Below the pieces are notes generated by a model. That model saw only the letters and a list, made by a program, of their open reading frames with translations. It was not told the origin of the DNA and did no database searches. Shown piece by piece: positions 9,592 through 19,466 of a stretch of 64,000 bases of DNA. Origin of the DNA: Candidatus Saccharimonadales bacterium. Lineage in GTDB: Bacteria; Patescibacteriota; Saccharimonadia; Saccharimonadales; JAYRRP01. A program made the translations under genes and the position numbers. Numbering within the stretch: position 1 is the stretch's first letter; every line of letters starts with the position of its first letter. Location: the NCBI GenBank assembly GCA_041906765.1, contig JAYRIP010000004.1, positions 68,223 through 132,222 of the forward strand, in the 5' to 3' direction.

Positions 9592-10452
9592 ATGCCCCCA
9601 ACTACAGCTACTAGTCCTCCGCCCGTTGCAGGTCCACCTGTGAGCGCTCCTCCAGCACCATCTTCACCAGGACAATTTCAACCGCCGCCACCCGCTCCCA
9701 TGCAACTTAACCCAGTGTATACACAGAATAATAAGTTGGCCATTGCGAGCGTCATACTCGGCATAATTTCAATTCCTGCTTCATTGTTAACGTTATTTAC
9801 GGTTGCAATTCCTATTATTGGTGTAGTGCTCGGCATCTTAAGTATTAAGAAACAACGCGGTTTGGCAATCGCCGGCATCATTCTTTCCTCAATTGGCATT
9901 GCACTTACTATTGGACTACTGGTGTTCGGGATAATGCATGTAAAGAAGAACGGCACAAGCACCAGCAAATCAAATTCTACGAGCCAAGCGTCAGCTGCCG
10001 CAGGCGAAACTATTGATACAGATTGTTATAGCGTCAATCTACCAAACGGGCTGGAAAAAAGTGATATTCAAGAAAATGAGGGTTGTAAATTAAAAGCTGT
10101 TAATAAAAATAGCACGGAAGACTTCGTTGTTTATAAGTTTGAGGACGAGGTAAAGACAGAGGCGCAGGCTAACAAATATTTTGAGAGCGGTATTGAAGGT
10201 GGAAAAAGCGGCATTGAAAGTGCAGGAGGACATATCACGAGCGAAAAGTCTGTTACCTTAGATGGTGCAAAAGCTTACCGGATTTCATCCAGCGAAGCAG
10301 AAGGGAACTATAAGTATGGGGAAACTATCTACGCTTTACGTACAGAAGCAATCAGTACGGGCGTAAAAGCAACCTTCTATGCGATTGCCTGCGACTCCCA
10401 ATCAAATAAAAATTGCCTCGATAACGTAGCAGAATCATGGAAATGGAAGTAA
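9592..10452 (+). CDS. membrane protein with Pro-rich N-terminus, DUF4190-like TM hairpins and Cys-containing extracellular domain
   Basis: A PPPV/PPAP low-complexity N-terminus is followed by repeated ILGIISI/GIILSSIGIAL glycine-zipper TMs and a roughly 170-aa soluble domain. Confidence 0.5.
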   Translation: MPPTTATSPPPVAGPPVSAPPAPSSPGQFQPPPPAPMQLNPVYTQNNKLAIASVILGIISIPASLLTLFTVAIPIIGVVLGILSIKKQRGLAIAGIILSSIGIALTIGLLVFGIMHVKKNGTSTSKSNSTSQASAAAGETIDTDCYSVNLPNGLEKSDIQENEGCKLKAVNKNSTEDFVVYKFEDEVKTEAQANKYFESGIEGGKSGIESAGGHITSEKSVTLDGAKAYRISSSEAEGNYKYGETIYALRTEAISTGVKATFYAIACDSQSNKNCLDNVAESWKWK

Positions 10453-10461
10453 AATAAGCCC

Positions 10462-10755
10462 ATGGCACATCATACCGATCATTTACATGCACATTTAGTA
10501 GAGAATCACACCGCAAATATTATCCTAGTGAGTGTCATTATATCGCTTTGTCTGTCACTTGGTAGTGCGTTTCTTATGGTACAAAGTGGTAATACCATTA
10601 CATTCAACCAGCCATCGACTATTCTTAATACTTCTGCCGCCGTGAAGCAGCCGACTTCTCCCGCGACAGTTGAACCTGAATATGGACTTGGTGGTCAGAT
10701 AGCCCAGCAAGGCGTAGCTGCTCAAAGCGCAAATCTGAATCCTATTAGCCAGTAA
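10462..10755 (+). CDS. hypothetical small membrane protein
   Basis: A 97-aa ORF with one TM segment and no recognised motifs. Confidence 0.3.
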   Translation: MAHHTDHLHAHLVENHTANIILVSVIISLCLSLGSAFLMVQSGNTITFNQPSTILNTSAAVKQPTSPATVEPEYGLGGQIAQQGVAAQSANLNPISQ

Positions 10756-10814
10756 TCAACTCACTCTGGGTTCGTCCCTGCGGTTCTATCGTAAGCTTTG
10801 CTATACTTAAAAAT

Positions 10815-11450
10815 ATGGAGTTAATTAAGTACGAACATGCCTGTGTAGAGTTGCGTTCAGAGAACACTAGGCTAGTAGTGGACCCTGGTGTATACACAAA
10901 AACACTCACCGACACTTCGGGTATTACTGCCGTAGTGGTCACCCATATGCATCCTGACCACTTTGATCCTAAGCGCTTGAAGGAAATTGCCACGTCAAAT
11001 CCAAACCTCACTATTTTTGCCCCGGCAGAAGTAACCAGTCAGTTAGCAGACTTGCAAACCAATACGGTAGAGGTAAATAAAGAATATAAAGTTGCAAACT
11101 TTACGCTAGAGTTCTTTGGCGGCCAACACGCCTCCATTCGACCAGGACTGCCCGTAATCCAAAATTTTGGCGTACTTATTAACGATACCATGTACTACCC
11201 GGGGGATTCTTTTACCCCCTGTCCTAAACCACATGATGTCTTGCTCTTGCCAGTCATGGCGCCATGGCTGAAGTTCTCAGAAACAAATGACTTTATCGCC
11301 GCTGATTCAGCTACCAAGCTGATTCCCACCCATAATGGTTTTCTAAACGATGACGGGCAAGATTTATACAAACGTCTCGTGTCCTCAGTTGTTGACTCCA
11401 CTAACAAGCAACTGTATTACTTAGCACCTGGTGCATCAATGAACATATAG
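10815..11450 (+). CDS. MBL-fold metallo-hydrolase
   Basis: The VVTHMHPDH motif (HxHxDH) sits within a roughly 210-aa beta-lactamase fold. Confidence 0.75.
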   Translation: MELIKYEHACVELRSENTRLVVDPGVYTKTLTDTSGITAVVVTHMHPDHFDPKRLKEIATSNPNLTIFAPAEVTSQLADLQTNTVEVNKEYKVANFTLEFFGGQHASIRPGLPVIQNFGVLINDTMYYPGDSFTPCPKPHDVLLLPVMAPWLKFSETNDFIAADSATKLIPTHNGFLNDDGQDLYKRLVSSVVDSTNKQLYYLAPGASMNI

Positions 11451-11477
11451 GTTGCTCACAGGTTACAATAACTGGAG

Positions 11478-12278
11478 ATGTTAAAACTCTATTCTTGGAA
11501 CGTAAACGGTATCCGTGCCGTACATAATAAAGGGTTGTTTTTGCCTTTTATCCAGACACACAACCCTGATATTTTATGCTTGCAAGAAACCAAGGCTGAG
11601 CAGGGGCAAGCCGAAATAGATTTGCCCAATTACACCGAATATTGGAATTCAGCCAAAAAAAGAGGCTACAGTGGCACCGCCATATTTACCAAGACTAAAC
11701 CACTGCGTGTCGTGAGTGGTTTTCCGAAAGATATCATCGAGAAATACAAGGTAACCGGCGATAGTTATGGTAACCCCAATGATGAGGGTCGAGTGATTGC
11801 TGCCGAATACGACACATTTTGGGTAGTAACAGTATATACGCCCAACAGCAAGGGGGATCTTTCGCGCCTAGAGTTACGTTACCGGCATTGGGACCCGGCA
11901 TTTTTAGCCTATGTTAAACAGCTAGAGAAGACCAAACCGGTAATTTTTTGTGGCGACTTAAACGTAGCTCACCAAGAAATTGACCTTGCTAACCCCAAGC
12001 CGAATATTGGCAAACATGGTTTTACCAATGAGGAACGTGAATGCTTCCAGAGTTTCCTGGACAGCGGCTTTGTAGATACTTTTCGCAGTCTCCACCCAAA
12101 TACCACCCAAGCCTATACTTGGTGGACGCATTGGGCAAACGCCAGAGCACGCAACGTTGGATGGAGAATTGATTATGTACTAGTCTCAAATAAATTAAAA
12201 CCTTTGGTGCAAAAAGCCGAAATTCACCCTGATATTATGGGTTCAGATCACTGTCCTGTTAGTATTGAGCTAATCTAG
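11478..12278 (+). CDS. xth: exodeoxyribonuclease III (AP endonuclease)
   Basis: LKLYSWNVNGIRA, LCLQETK, GDLNVAH and SDHCPV are motifs of the ExoIII/EEP family. Confidence 0.85.
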   Translation: MLKLYSWNVNGIRAVHNKGLFLPFIQTHNPDILCLQETKAEQGQAEIDLPNYTEYWNSAKKRGYSGTAIFTKTKPLRVVSGFPKDIIEKYKVTGDSYGNPNDEGRVIAAEYDTFWVVTVYTPNSKGDLSRLELRYRHWDPAFLAYVKQLEKTKPVIFCGDLNVAHQEIDLANPKPNIGKHGFTNEERECFQSFLDSGFVDTFRSLHPNTTQAYTWWTHWANARARNVGWRIDYVLVSNKLKPLVQKAEIHPDIMGSDHCPVSIELI

Positions 12279-13047
12279 TTGAATGTAGCCTATCGCTAGC
12301 TTCATAGACGGCATTCTGCATTTTTGGCCTTAACTCTTCTATTACCTGGTCTTGGCTAGAATATCCCTCGACAATCATAGGGTTTCCCACGTGAATAAAT
12401 GGCTTTCGCCACGATTCACTGTCAGAATACTGTAAACCTACTGGAATAATACCCACTGTTGCTTCTGTTAATAGTTTTCCGACAATAATCCCTATTCCGG
12501 ATTTTAATGGTTGAACTTCAACGCTGTTTACTTTGTTTCTGGTACCCTCGGGGAAAATTGCCATATTGTCATCGTACTCCACTATTCTATAAAGAGCCGT
12601 GTCAATAAATCTATCGGCTGCACGCCTTTGCAGCTCAACTTGACCAGGATCGTCGGTTTTTATATCTAGCGCTCGGAATACAGGTATGGCACCCATAACC
12701 TCAACCCCGGCTCTAAGGATTTTATTCTGAAACAAACTTTCTTTGGCGGGTATAAATGTTTTGCCGACTAGTGGCTTAAGTGAGGCTTCGCGTCTTGCTA
12801 GAGCCGATACAACATACTGGTCTTTATCATTAATATGGTTGGGGGTCACAATAACCTTGGAATTACTACTAATTAACTGCTCGATTGTTTCTTCTGCACC
12901 TGAGTCATAGCTAACCTGAGGTTTTGCGATTAAGCTCATAGCTTTAAATCCTATTCTTGTTGCTCGATCGCTAGGCACAAAATCTCTGTAAAAATCATAA
13001 ACTTGTTCGTAATTCTGCAATTTAACAGGCGGTTTTTTCATACTCAA
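12259..13047 (-). CDS. plsC: 1-acyl-sn-glycerol-3-phosphate acyltransferase (lysophospholipid acyltransferase)
   Basis: Carries the acyltransferase HX4D motif (PNHINDKD) and the FPEGTR motif. Confidence 0.75.
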   Translation of the reverse strand: MSMKKPPVKLQNYEQVYDFYRDFVPSDRATRIGFKAMSLIAKPQVSYDSGAEETIEQLISSNSKVIVTPNHINDKDQYVVSALARREASLKPLVGKTFIPAKESLFQNKILRAGVEVMGAIPVFRALDIKTDDPGQVELQRRAADRFIDTALYRIVEYDDNMAIFPEGTRNKVNSVEVQPLKSGIGIIVGKLLTEATVGIIPVGLQYSDSESWRKPFIHVGNPMIVEGYSSQDQVIEELRPKMQNAVYEASDRLHSTRLAQY

Positions 13048-13104
13048 ATTATACTCATATTATATTAAATAAAGATATGTTAACTCGTAATGTAAACTAC
13101 AAGA

Positions 13105-13815
13105 GTGAGAAAGTTTGCAGTTTTTGATATAGATGGCACGCTTATACGTTGGCAGCTCTACCATGCGGTCGTGGACGCACTGGGCAAGAGCCACTTGCTT
13201 GACGAAACTGCTTACCAAAAAGTTAAGGAAGCCCGGATGCAGTGGAAACGCCGGGAACACACGGATGCTTATAGGGACTATGAGCGATTGCTTATCAAGG
13301 TATACGAACAAGCTCTGCCCGCAATTGCCCCGAAACAATTTGATAAAGTCGCTGAGAGCGTAGCACACGAGTATAAGGCGCAGGTGTACACCTTTACCAG
13401 AGATTTGATCGGCAAACTCAAGCGACAGAATTACTTCTTGTTAGCTATCTCCGGATCACATCGTGAACTTATCCGCCATGTCGCACATCTGTATGGTTTT
13501 GATGATTGGGTAGGAAGTGAGTATGAACGACAGGCAGAACGATTTACAGGCAGGCGGAAACTCGCCAGTGAAGCAAAAGATAAAATATTGCGACACATGG
13601 TGAGAACACACAGCTTAACGTATACATCCAGCCTTGGCGTTGGTGACAGTCTGAGTGATGCGGCTTTTCTGCAGCTGGTTGAAACGCCAATTGCTTTTAA
13701 TCCCACCGAAGAATTGCTTGAAATCGCCCAAAGTAAGCACTGGGCACTGGTGATTGAACGTAAGAATGTAGTGTATGAGTTGAGCTGGAAAAATGGACAA
13801 TACGTACTGGCATAA
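13105..13815 (+). CDS. HAD-superfamily hydrolase (subfamily IB-like)
   Basis: The N-terminal motif FDIDGTL is followed by a capping domain and a C-terminal GDSLSD. Confidence 0.7.
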   Translation: MRKFAVFDIDGTLIRWQLYHAVVDALGKSHLLDETAYQKVKEARMQWKRREHTDAYRDYERLLIKVYEQALPAIAPKQFDKVAESVAHEYKAQVYTFTRDLIGKLKRQNYFLLAISGSHRELIRHVAHLYGFDDWVGSEYERQAERFTGRRKLASEAKDKILRHMVRTHSLTYTSSLGVGDSLSDAAFLQLVETPIAFNPTEELLEIAQSKHWALVIERKNVVYELSWKNGQYVLA

Positions 13816-14584
13816 ACAAATCGCCGGCAAGCCACTGTTTCCTGACTTAATTTGGAGCCGACCAGAGAACCGAAACTACGCTGGCAAGTTGCTAATCATC
13901 GGTGGCAACTCGCATGGATTTGCGGCACCTGCCCAAGCTTTCATCGAATCCGAAAAGACAGGCATAGGTAGTCTACGGGTATTATTGCCAGATGCCCTGC
14001 AAAAAAGTTTAAGTTCACAGATCGAAAACGCCTACTTTTTGCCTAGCACACCCAGCGGTAGCTTTAGCCAACAAGCATTAGGAGAAATATTAGACCATAC
14101 CGCGTGGGCCGACGGTACTTTGCTGGCCGGTGATTTCGGGAAGAATAGTGAAACAACAATACTGCTTGAGAAATATGTAAAGGAGAACACTAAGCCACTC
14201 ATCCTAACACAAGATGCAGTAGACAACTTTGTAAATAATCCCAGTTTATTACAGGCTTCTGGTAACCTCTGTCTTGTTGCAAATATTAGACAGCTCCAAA
14301 AAATAGTCACCTCATTGCATATAGACAAGACTGTTACCTCAGATATGGATGTAATGCGCTTAGCTGAGGTGCTGCACCACATCTCAAACAATTTTAATCC
14401 TGTAATTGTAGCTATACATAGCAACTATATTTTCGTAGCCTTAAGGGGCCGCATAAGCACTACAATCATGGCAAACACTAAACAAGCTAGTGAAGTACAA
14501 GTAGCTGCTTATGCTAGCGTTTGGTATATACAAAACCCCAGCAAACCCTTTGAAGCAATCACTACTTCCTTAATCGACAATTGA
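13793..14584 (+). CDS. YjeF-C/carbohydrate-kinase-like protein (NAD(P)HX dehydratase-like, possibly degenerate)
   Basis: AGKLLIIGGNSHGFAAPAQA, GIGSLRVLLPDAL, LILTQDAVDNF and VIVAIHSNYIFVAL align with the YjeF C-terminal domain pattern. The canonical GxGD motif is not obvious. Confidence 0.4.
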   Translation: MDNTYWHKQIAGKPLFPDLIWSRPENRNYAGKLLIIGGNSHGFAAPAQAFIESEKTGIGSLRVLLPDALQKSLSSQIENAYFLPSTPSGSFSQQALGEILDHTAWADGTLLAGDFGKNSETTILLEKYVKENTKPLILTQDAVDNFVNNPSLLQASGNLCLVANIRQLQKIVTSLHIDKTVTSDMDVMRLAEVLHHISNNFNPVIVAIHSNYIFVALRGRISTTIMANTKQASEVQVAAYASVWYIQNPSKPFEAITTSLIDN

Positions 14585-14669
14585 TTACATTTTGTTGGTT
14601 TTCCAGACACAGGCATATAGTGTGTACAGAAATTAACTTGTCATTCTAACACCACGTTGAGTGTCTACC

Positions 14670-16664
14670 TCACCTGCAAAACCACGCAATGAACCAATCA
14701 CAGCGGCCATAACGGGACGTAGATTTCTCTGATTCCTGACCGGAGTTGTCGAGTGCGGTAACGGTATAGGTGTAGCCGGTGAAGCCTTTGACGGTGTTAT
14801 CAAAGGCAACGATCTTACCACTTGTAGCTTTTGTAATATTCGCGGCAGTAAGTTCAGAACCGTTTCGATACAGCTTGTAGTTGGTGGCGCCACTGACCGG
14901 ATCCCACTGCAAGTTAAAGCCAGTACTGGCGACAAAGTTACGGGACAGCAGCGTAAAGTTACTAGGTGTCTCAACTGGCGGCGGAGGAGGAGGCGGTGGT
15001 GGTGGCGGCGTAACCGTACTATTGGCAACGTTTACCGCGACACTGGTACTGGCGTTATTGCCAGCTGCGTCATAGGCTTTGGCCGTGACGGTATGGCTGC
15101 CGTTAGACAAGCCCGTGGTATCTAGACCGGTGGTATAGGGATCAGAACTGTCGCTAAAGTTCAGGCTACCGTCGACCAGGAAGTCTACTTTAGTTACAGT
15201 TGTATTATCTGAGGCATTGGCAGTAACGGCCAGCGAGGAGCCGGAAACCGTTGCACCGCTGGAGGGAGCAGTGATACTGACCGTGGGTTTAGTGGTGTCG
15301 GGGGGAGGGGGTGGGGTAGTGGTAGTAACAGTACTGAATAATTTATCCTGATTAGCTGTCAGTGCAGCTCTAATTTTCTGGCCATCAGCAGTATCATTGG
15401 CAATAGCAGCACGCAGCACCGGTTGTTGAACCTCAACATAAGAAGCGTGGTAATTTACAGCATTTTGTATAGAGGTGGCAAATTGATCTGGAGATACAAG
15501 CACACCGCCACCACCGATACCGGAAACTCCACCGATCATCTGATAACCGATGATACCTTTATTGACTTTCCCATCAACCGGATTGTAGTTCTCGCCAACC
15601 CATCTACTAAAGGTTTCCGGGCCATCGGGTGACGCATTAAGACCATTATATTGAATGAAGAATCCTCGCTTGCTACTGGTACCTTGAGGATAATTACCCC
15701 AGTTACTTCTCGACGTTTGAAACTCCTTTGCCAAGAAGGGGTGTCTGTTTATATTTGCCTTGTCAGCATTATATTTTCCATCCGCATCACACAGTCCCAG
15801 CCCACCAGCCTTGGCAAGTGGCTGAGTAGGGAAATTATCTGCAAATACTTTGTCATAAAAATTGAGCGAGGCATCATTATAAGCATTTCGCACATCGTCA
15901 TAATCAGCTTTGCTGTTATTGTTCCAATCTTTATATTGTGCCGATGCCTTATATTGACTTATCCACGCTTGAGCTTCGGTGCCGTTTTCCGGACAGCCTG
16001 GCATGTATGGCTCGCCATAATGTTTCCATGGCGCCGTCGGGAATAAGATAAGGTTAGGATACTCCGATAACTTTTTGCCATTTACTGTATGGTTTGCCAA
16101 TTGACTAACAAATGTCTTCCAGTCAGCTTGGGTCGTTTTATCCCAAAAGACAGGATTGTAGTTATAGCCCGTACTGGCGACGTCAAATTTAATCGTTTCA
16201 GCCGCAGGATTGCCGCCGTGCGGGCTGAATAACCAGCTGGGCAGCCCACTTTTCTCATCAGGCTTCGTGCTGCTATATCCAAACATCACCCTAATCATCA
16301 TAGGTTTATTGCCGGCAGCTACACTTGCATTTATTGCATCATCAAAAACTTTAAAATCATATTGTCCGTAGGTTGGTTCAACGTCAGACCAATTAACCCG
16401 TACGCTTAATCCAGCCACCAATGGATTTTTGAGATCTTCTGGGATCGGCTTATATACAGACTTACCGATCATCATATAATAGCCCTTATACTCTGTTGAG
16501 GTTTCTGCTTTACCCACAAGCAACAAATATATGCCCAGTGCGGCAAATCCAAAAATAATAATACCAACTAGGGGTAGACTAAAACGCTTTTTTTGACGGA
16601 GCTTATTTTTGCTGACACTTACACGATTTTTCATCACTTTTTTAGTTTTTGGTTGTTTTTTCAT
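14670..16664 (-). CDS. membrane-anchored multi-domain glycoside hydrolase-like protein (TIM-barrel GH-like domain, Ig-like domain, poly-Pro linker, fibronectin type III domain)
   Basis: It has an N-terminal K-rich signal anchor. VRVNWSDVEPTYGQYDF resembles the GH5/GH35/GH42 clan A start motif. The segment VTKVDFLVDGS..TVTAKAYDAAGN is an Ig-like domain. A PPPPPPPPPPPP linker follows, and the C-terminal NYKLYRNGSEL..YTYTVTALD is FN3-like. Confidence 0.6.
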   Translation of the reverse strand: MKKQPKTKKVMKNRVSVSKNKLRQKKRFSLPLVGIIIFGFAALGIYLLLVGKAETSTEYKGYYMMIGKSVYKPIPEDLKNPLVAGLSVRVNWSDVEPTYGQYDFKVFDDAINASVAAGNKPMMIRVMFGYSSTKPDEKSGLPSWLFSPHGGNPAAETIKFDVASTGYNYNPVFWDKTTQADWKTFVSQLANHTVNGKKLSEYPNLILFPTAPWKHYGEPYMPGCPENGTEAQAWISQYKASAQYKDWNNNSKADYDDVRNAYNDASLNFYDKVFADNFPTQPLAKAGGLGLCDADGKYNADKANINRHPFLAKEFQTSRSNWGNYPQGTSSKRGFFIQYNGLNASPDGPETFSRWVGENYNPVDGKVNKGIIGYQMIGGVSGIGGGGVLVSPDQFATSIQNAVNYHASYVEVQQPVLRAAIANDTADGQKIRAALTANQDKLFSTVTTTTPPPPPDTTKPTVSITAPSSGATVSGSSLAVTANASDNTTVTKVDFLVDGSLNFSDSSDPYTTGLDTTGLSNGSHTVTAKAYDAAGNNASTSVAVNVANSTVTPPPPPPPPPPPVETPSNFTLLSRNFVASTGFNLQWDPVSGATNYKLYRNGSELTAANITKATSGKIVAFDNTVKGFTGYTYTVTALDNSGQESEKSTSRYGRCDWFIAWFCR

Positions 16665-16851
16665 TTTTAATCTTAAATTTATTTTATTGACTAATTATAG
16701 CATTATAGCACGCCAGGCAAATAGCTTAGCTCCGTTGCATTATTATGATTGGATTACGTAGATAAGAGCAGCTCAAAAACACCTAATAACTATACATTTA
16801 GTTATTCACTGCTGTGGCTTACTGTTTGCTATATATAGATTTTGCGCAAGA

Positions 16852-17406
16852 CTAAAAGTCGGTAGCAGTAAGCGCATCCGCATGTTGATCTAGCCAAGCA
16901 TTATCTACTGCGATAATATCTGCATCGTAAGACGAACCATTTGCATTCGTCACAGTTATAATATCGCCAACTTTTCCACCAATGAGTGCCTTACCAAGTG
17001 ACGCTTCCACGCCTACTACTGTAAGCTCTTCTTCATTGTTTTCATTTTCCCAAGCCTGTTGATATTTATGGGGATTCAAGGAAGCTATACCGACAATAAG
17101 CGCATCATATGCATTAGGTGAAAACGTGTCCCTAATCCGCACCAAACTACCAAGTGCAATTTGTTCAGCGTCTATCTCTGGATAATTTTCAACTTCAGAA
17201 TGAATCAGCGCATCAGATAAGGGTCCGTATGTATTGTCTATCAGTTTCATGCGGTCACGAACTTCATCGTATGCCGCATTGTCGTGCCAGACATTTCCGC
17301 TTTCAACAGCATCACCCATATCATGAGCTGCCTGTTGATTGGCAATCCTACCTTCTTCTAACTTATTATTCAACCATTTTAGTTCGTGGGGCAATATATT
17401 TGACAT
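16852..17406 (-). CDS. GreA/GreB-family (Rnk/Gfh-like) transcription factor homolog
   Basis: The N-terminal helix GDAVESGNVWHDNAAYDEVRDRM resembles the GreA coiled coil. The C-terminal LTVVGVEASLGKALIGGKVGDIITVTNANGSSYDADIIAVD matches the GreA FKBP-like domain signature (S..SPLG.ALIGKKVGD). The probable start is MSNILPHEL at 17406. Confidence 0.5.
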   Translation of the reverse strand: MSNILPHELKWLNNKLEEGRIANQQAAHDMGDAVESGNVWHDNAAYDEVRDRMKLIDNTYGPLSDALIHSEVENYPEIDAEQIALGSLVRIRDTFSPNAYDALIVGIASLNPHKYQQAWENENNEEELTVVGVEASLGKALIGGKVGDIITVTNANGSSYDADIIAVDNAWLDQHADALTATDF

Positions 17407-17429
17407 GACAGATAGTGTATACAACAGTA

Positions 17430-17458
17430 TTGCTACAGTCAATACGTTATTGTATAAT
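17430..17458 (+). promoter_or_regulatory. sigma70-type promoter (TTGCTA-N17-TGTATAAT) for kinase-MTase-CYTH operon
   Basis: -35 TTGCTA at 17430-17435, a 17-nt spacer, and an extended -10 TGTATAAT ending at 17458, about 65 nt upstream of the 17524 start. Confidence 0.4.
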
Positions 17459-17523
17459 ATCTTTACAGTAAACGTTGGGCTTAAAGAGACATACTCGGTA
17501 GCTTATTTTCAATTCACAAAATT

Positions 17524-18252
17524 ATGGCCTACTATGAATCCAGTCACGGAGCGATTATAACCTTTAACGGACCAGATGGTTGCGGAAAGAGTACGGTTGC
17601 AAAAACAGTAGCTTGCACAATAGACAACGATAATTCAGAAACGCTCTTGATAGGTTCTAGTGAATTTAAGAATTGGTTACACCCGGATATATTTAAACGC
17701 TATATTGGCTCTGTTGATAGGCTGGAAAGAGGAACCGCAGTTAACGCGTCGACAAAAGAAAAAACAGCCTTATACGAAGACATAGCTATATGTCTCTACG
17801 GTCTCGCTGCACAGCATGCAAAAAATCGTGGTGATGTCATTGTACATTCTGATCCTTATCTAAAACGATTGATCTGGGCGAAAATGCATATGTCAGAAGA
17901 TAACTTCTGGCAATATGCTACCTATCTGGACGATTATATGAGTGATAAGGTGGGCGATAATTTTGCTTCACATGCAGTAACAATGCACATAAGTGCAGAA
18001 GATACTTATGGGCGCATCCTACAAAGAGATACAGTAGACGAATACGATCCTTCCAGCAAAGAAGAGACACTCACGCTTGTGAGTGCGGTTGACTATGTAG
18101 AGTCGCATTTTCTTGGAGATACCCGGCCATACCCACGACTCTTTGGTGTTGCTGTACTGCACATTAGCAATCCTTCTGTGCAACCAGATTTTATGCAGAC
18201 ACGCCTGGATGATTTCGCAGCCCAAGTAAATCAGTTTGTAAAAGGTTGCTAG
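17524..18252 (+). CDS. P-loop nucleotide kinase, deoxynucleoside kinase/dTMP kinase-like
   Basis: Walker A IITFNGPDGCGKST is followed by VIVHSDPYLKRLIWA (compare ERSVYSDRYIFA of dNK) and a lid-like segment ISAEDTYGRILQRDTVDE. AT-rich codon usage. Confidence 0.6.
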   Translation: MAYYESSHGAIITFNGPDGCGKSTVAKTVACTIDNDNSETLLIGSSEFKNWLHPDIFKRYIGSVDRLERGTAVNASTKEKTALYEDIAICLYGLAAQHAKNRGDVIVHSDPYLKRLIWAKMHMSEDNFWQYATYLDDYMSDKVGDNFASHAVTMHISAEDTYGRILQRDTVDEYDPSSKEETLTLVSAVDYVESHFLGDTRPYPRLFGVAVLHISNPSVQPDFMQTRLDDFAAQVNQFVKGC

Positions 18253-19454
18253 AGATGATGGAAAACAAGAATACAATTCATTATTTAGACAATTCAATAA
18301 ATCTTCACTGCGACGAAAAGAGTCAGCAGATGACTCAAGCTATTTCCGCGAGACATGAAGGTGCTGTTGTTGTGGAGATAGGACCGGGTGGTGGCGCAGC
18401 TCTTATGGGAGTATGTGACCAGAATATTCAAAGAGGAGACCAACAACTAAAAGATATACATATAACCACTGTTGAACTTTTCTCCTCACAATCTTCTACA
18501 CTTATAGAAGCCAGCCAACGATTACAAGAACAGGGAGCAACTGTTAATCATATTCAAGGCAACGCTACGAATCTACCATTCGCAGACAAGTCTGTAGACA
18601 TAATAAATTGTTCATCTGTATTACACGAAGTATTTTCATATGAGGGCGGTAGAACAGCACTCGTAAAGACTCTTCAAGAAATAAAGAGAATAACAAAACC
18701 AGGAGCTGATTTATTATATCGAGACGTTTATCCCGTTGAAACTAGTTTGCTTACACCGATTAAACAAAGATATGATCAACCGTCATGGATTGAGTTTGTA
18801 AATCGATTTATACCGTATTATTTAAAAGATAATAATCTTTATACCAAAAGCTCAGTAGATATCTCAGAGCACGAGGGAGTGTTACTTGCAAATATACCTG
18901 CAGGCTTGGCACGAGAAGTCCAACGACACTACATAACCTTTAGAGACCAATTAATTCGTAGCGGCATTCTCGGCACCAAGATTGATACTGATCGTTATGA
19001 TGAAACAGAGTGGGTCCGTTGCGCTAATGGATTTGAGAAAAAAATATATTTATTGCAACAGAACGGCAATTCATTGCTTGCTCATGATTTGCCTGTACAA
19101 GAAGACAGAACGGGTATTTTTGTGCCTGCTTCAGATTTTGATCAGTTTATCGACAATCAACTTGCACGATTTTTCAAAGCATTGCAACGTAAAGATCCAG
19201 AAGTAGAAGCCATATACGATTCCTGGCTTAAGCGCGAGGGTCATGAATCGTACATATATGGATCTGTGAGTGAAGTTACTGACATGTTACGTACCTCTGG
19301 CCAAGGATGTAATGATGAAGAGCACTTCACGATAACCTCTCCCGGTGCTTACACTATAGCTGAAAGAGATTACTACACTAGTTATTTAAAAAGAGTACTC
19401 GGCGAATATGCACTACCAGACAGAAAATTGATAATTTCTCTCGTAAAGAAATAA
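18246..19454 (+). CDS. class I SAM-dependent methyltransferase with C-terminal domain of unknown function
   Basis: Motif I VVVEIGPGGGA, motif II-like VDIINCSSVLHEV and KPGADLLYRD lie in the first roughly 200 aa. The last 200 aa have no recognised motif. The start overlaps the kinase stop by 7 nt. Confidence 0.6.
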   Translation: MLEMMENKNTIHYLDNSINLHCDEKSQQMTQAISARHEGAVVVEIGPGGGAALMGVCDQNIQRGDQQLKDIHITTVELFSSQSSTLIEASQRLQEQGATVNHIQGNATNLPFADKSVDIINCSSVLHEVFSYEGGRTALVKTLQEIKRITKPGADLLYRDVYPVETSLLTPIKQRYDQPSWIEFVNRFIPYYLKDNNLYTKSSVDISEHEGVLLANIPAGLAREVQRHYITFRDQLIRSGILGTKIDTDRYDETEWVRCANGFEKKIYLLQQNGNSLLAHDLPVQEDRTGIFVPASDFDQFIDNQLARFFKALQRKDPEVEAIYDSWLKREGHESYIYGSVSEVTDMLRTSGQGCNDEEHFTITSPGAYTIAERDYYTSYLKRVLGEYALPDRKLIISLVKK

Positions 19455-19466
19455 TATAATATAACG

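Noticed and set aside
14633-15075. ORFs on both strands across the GGCGG-rich stretch (131 aa and 64 aa)
   Set aside because: They lie antisense to or out of frame with the poly-proline linker region of the 664-aa hydrolase gene and are low-complexity translations of the same repeat.
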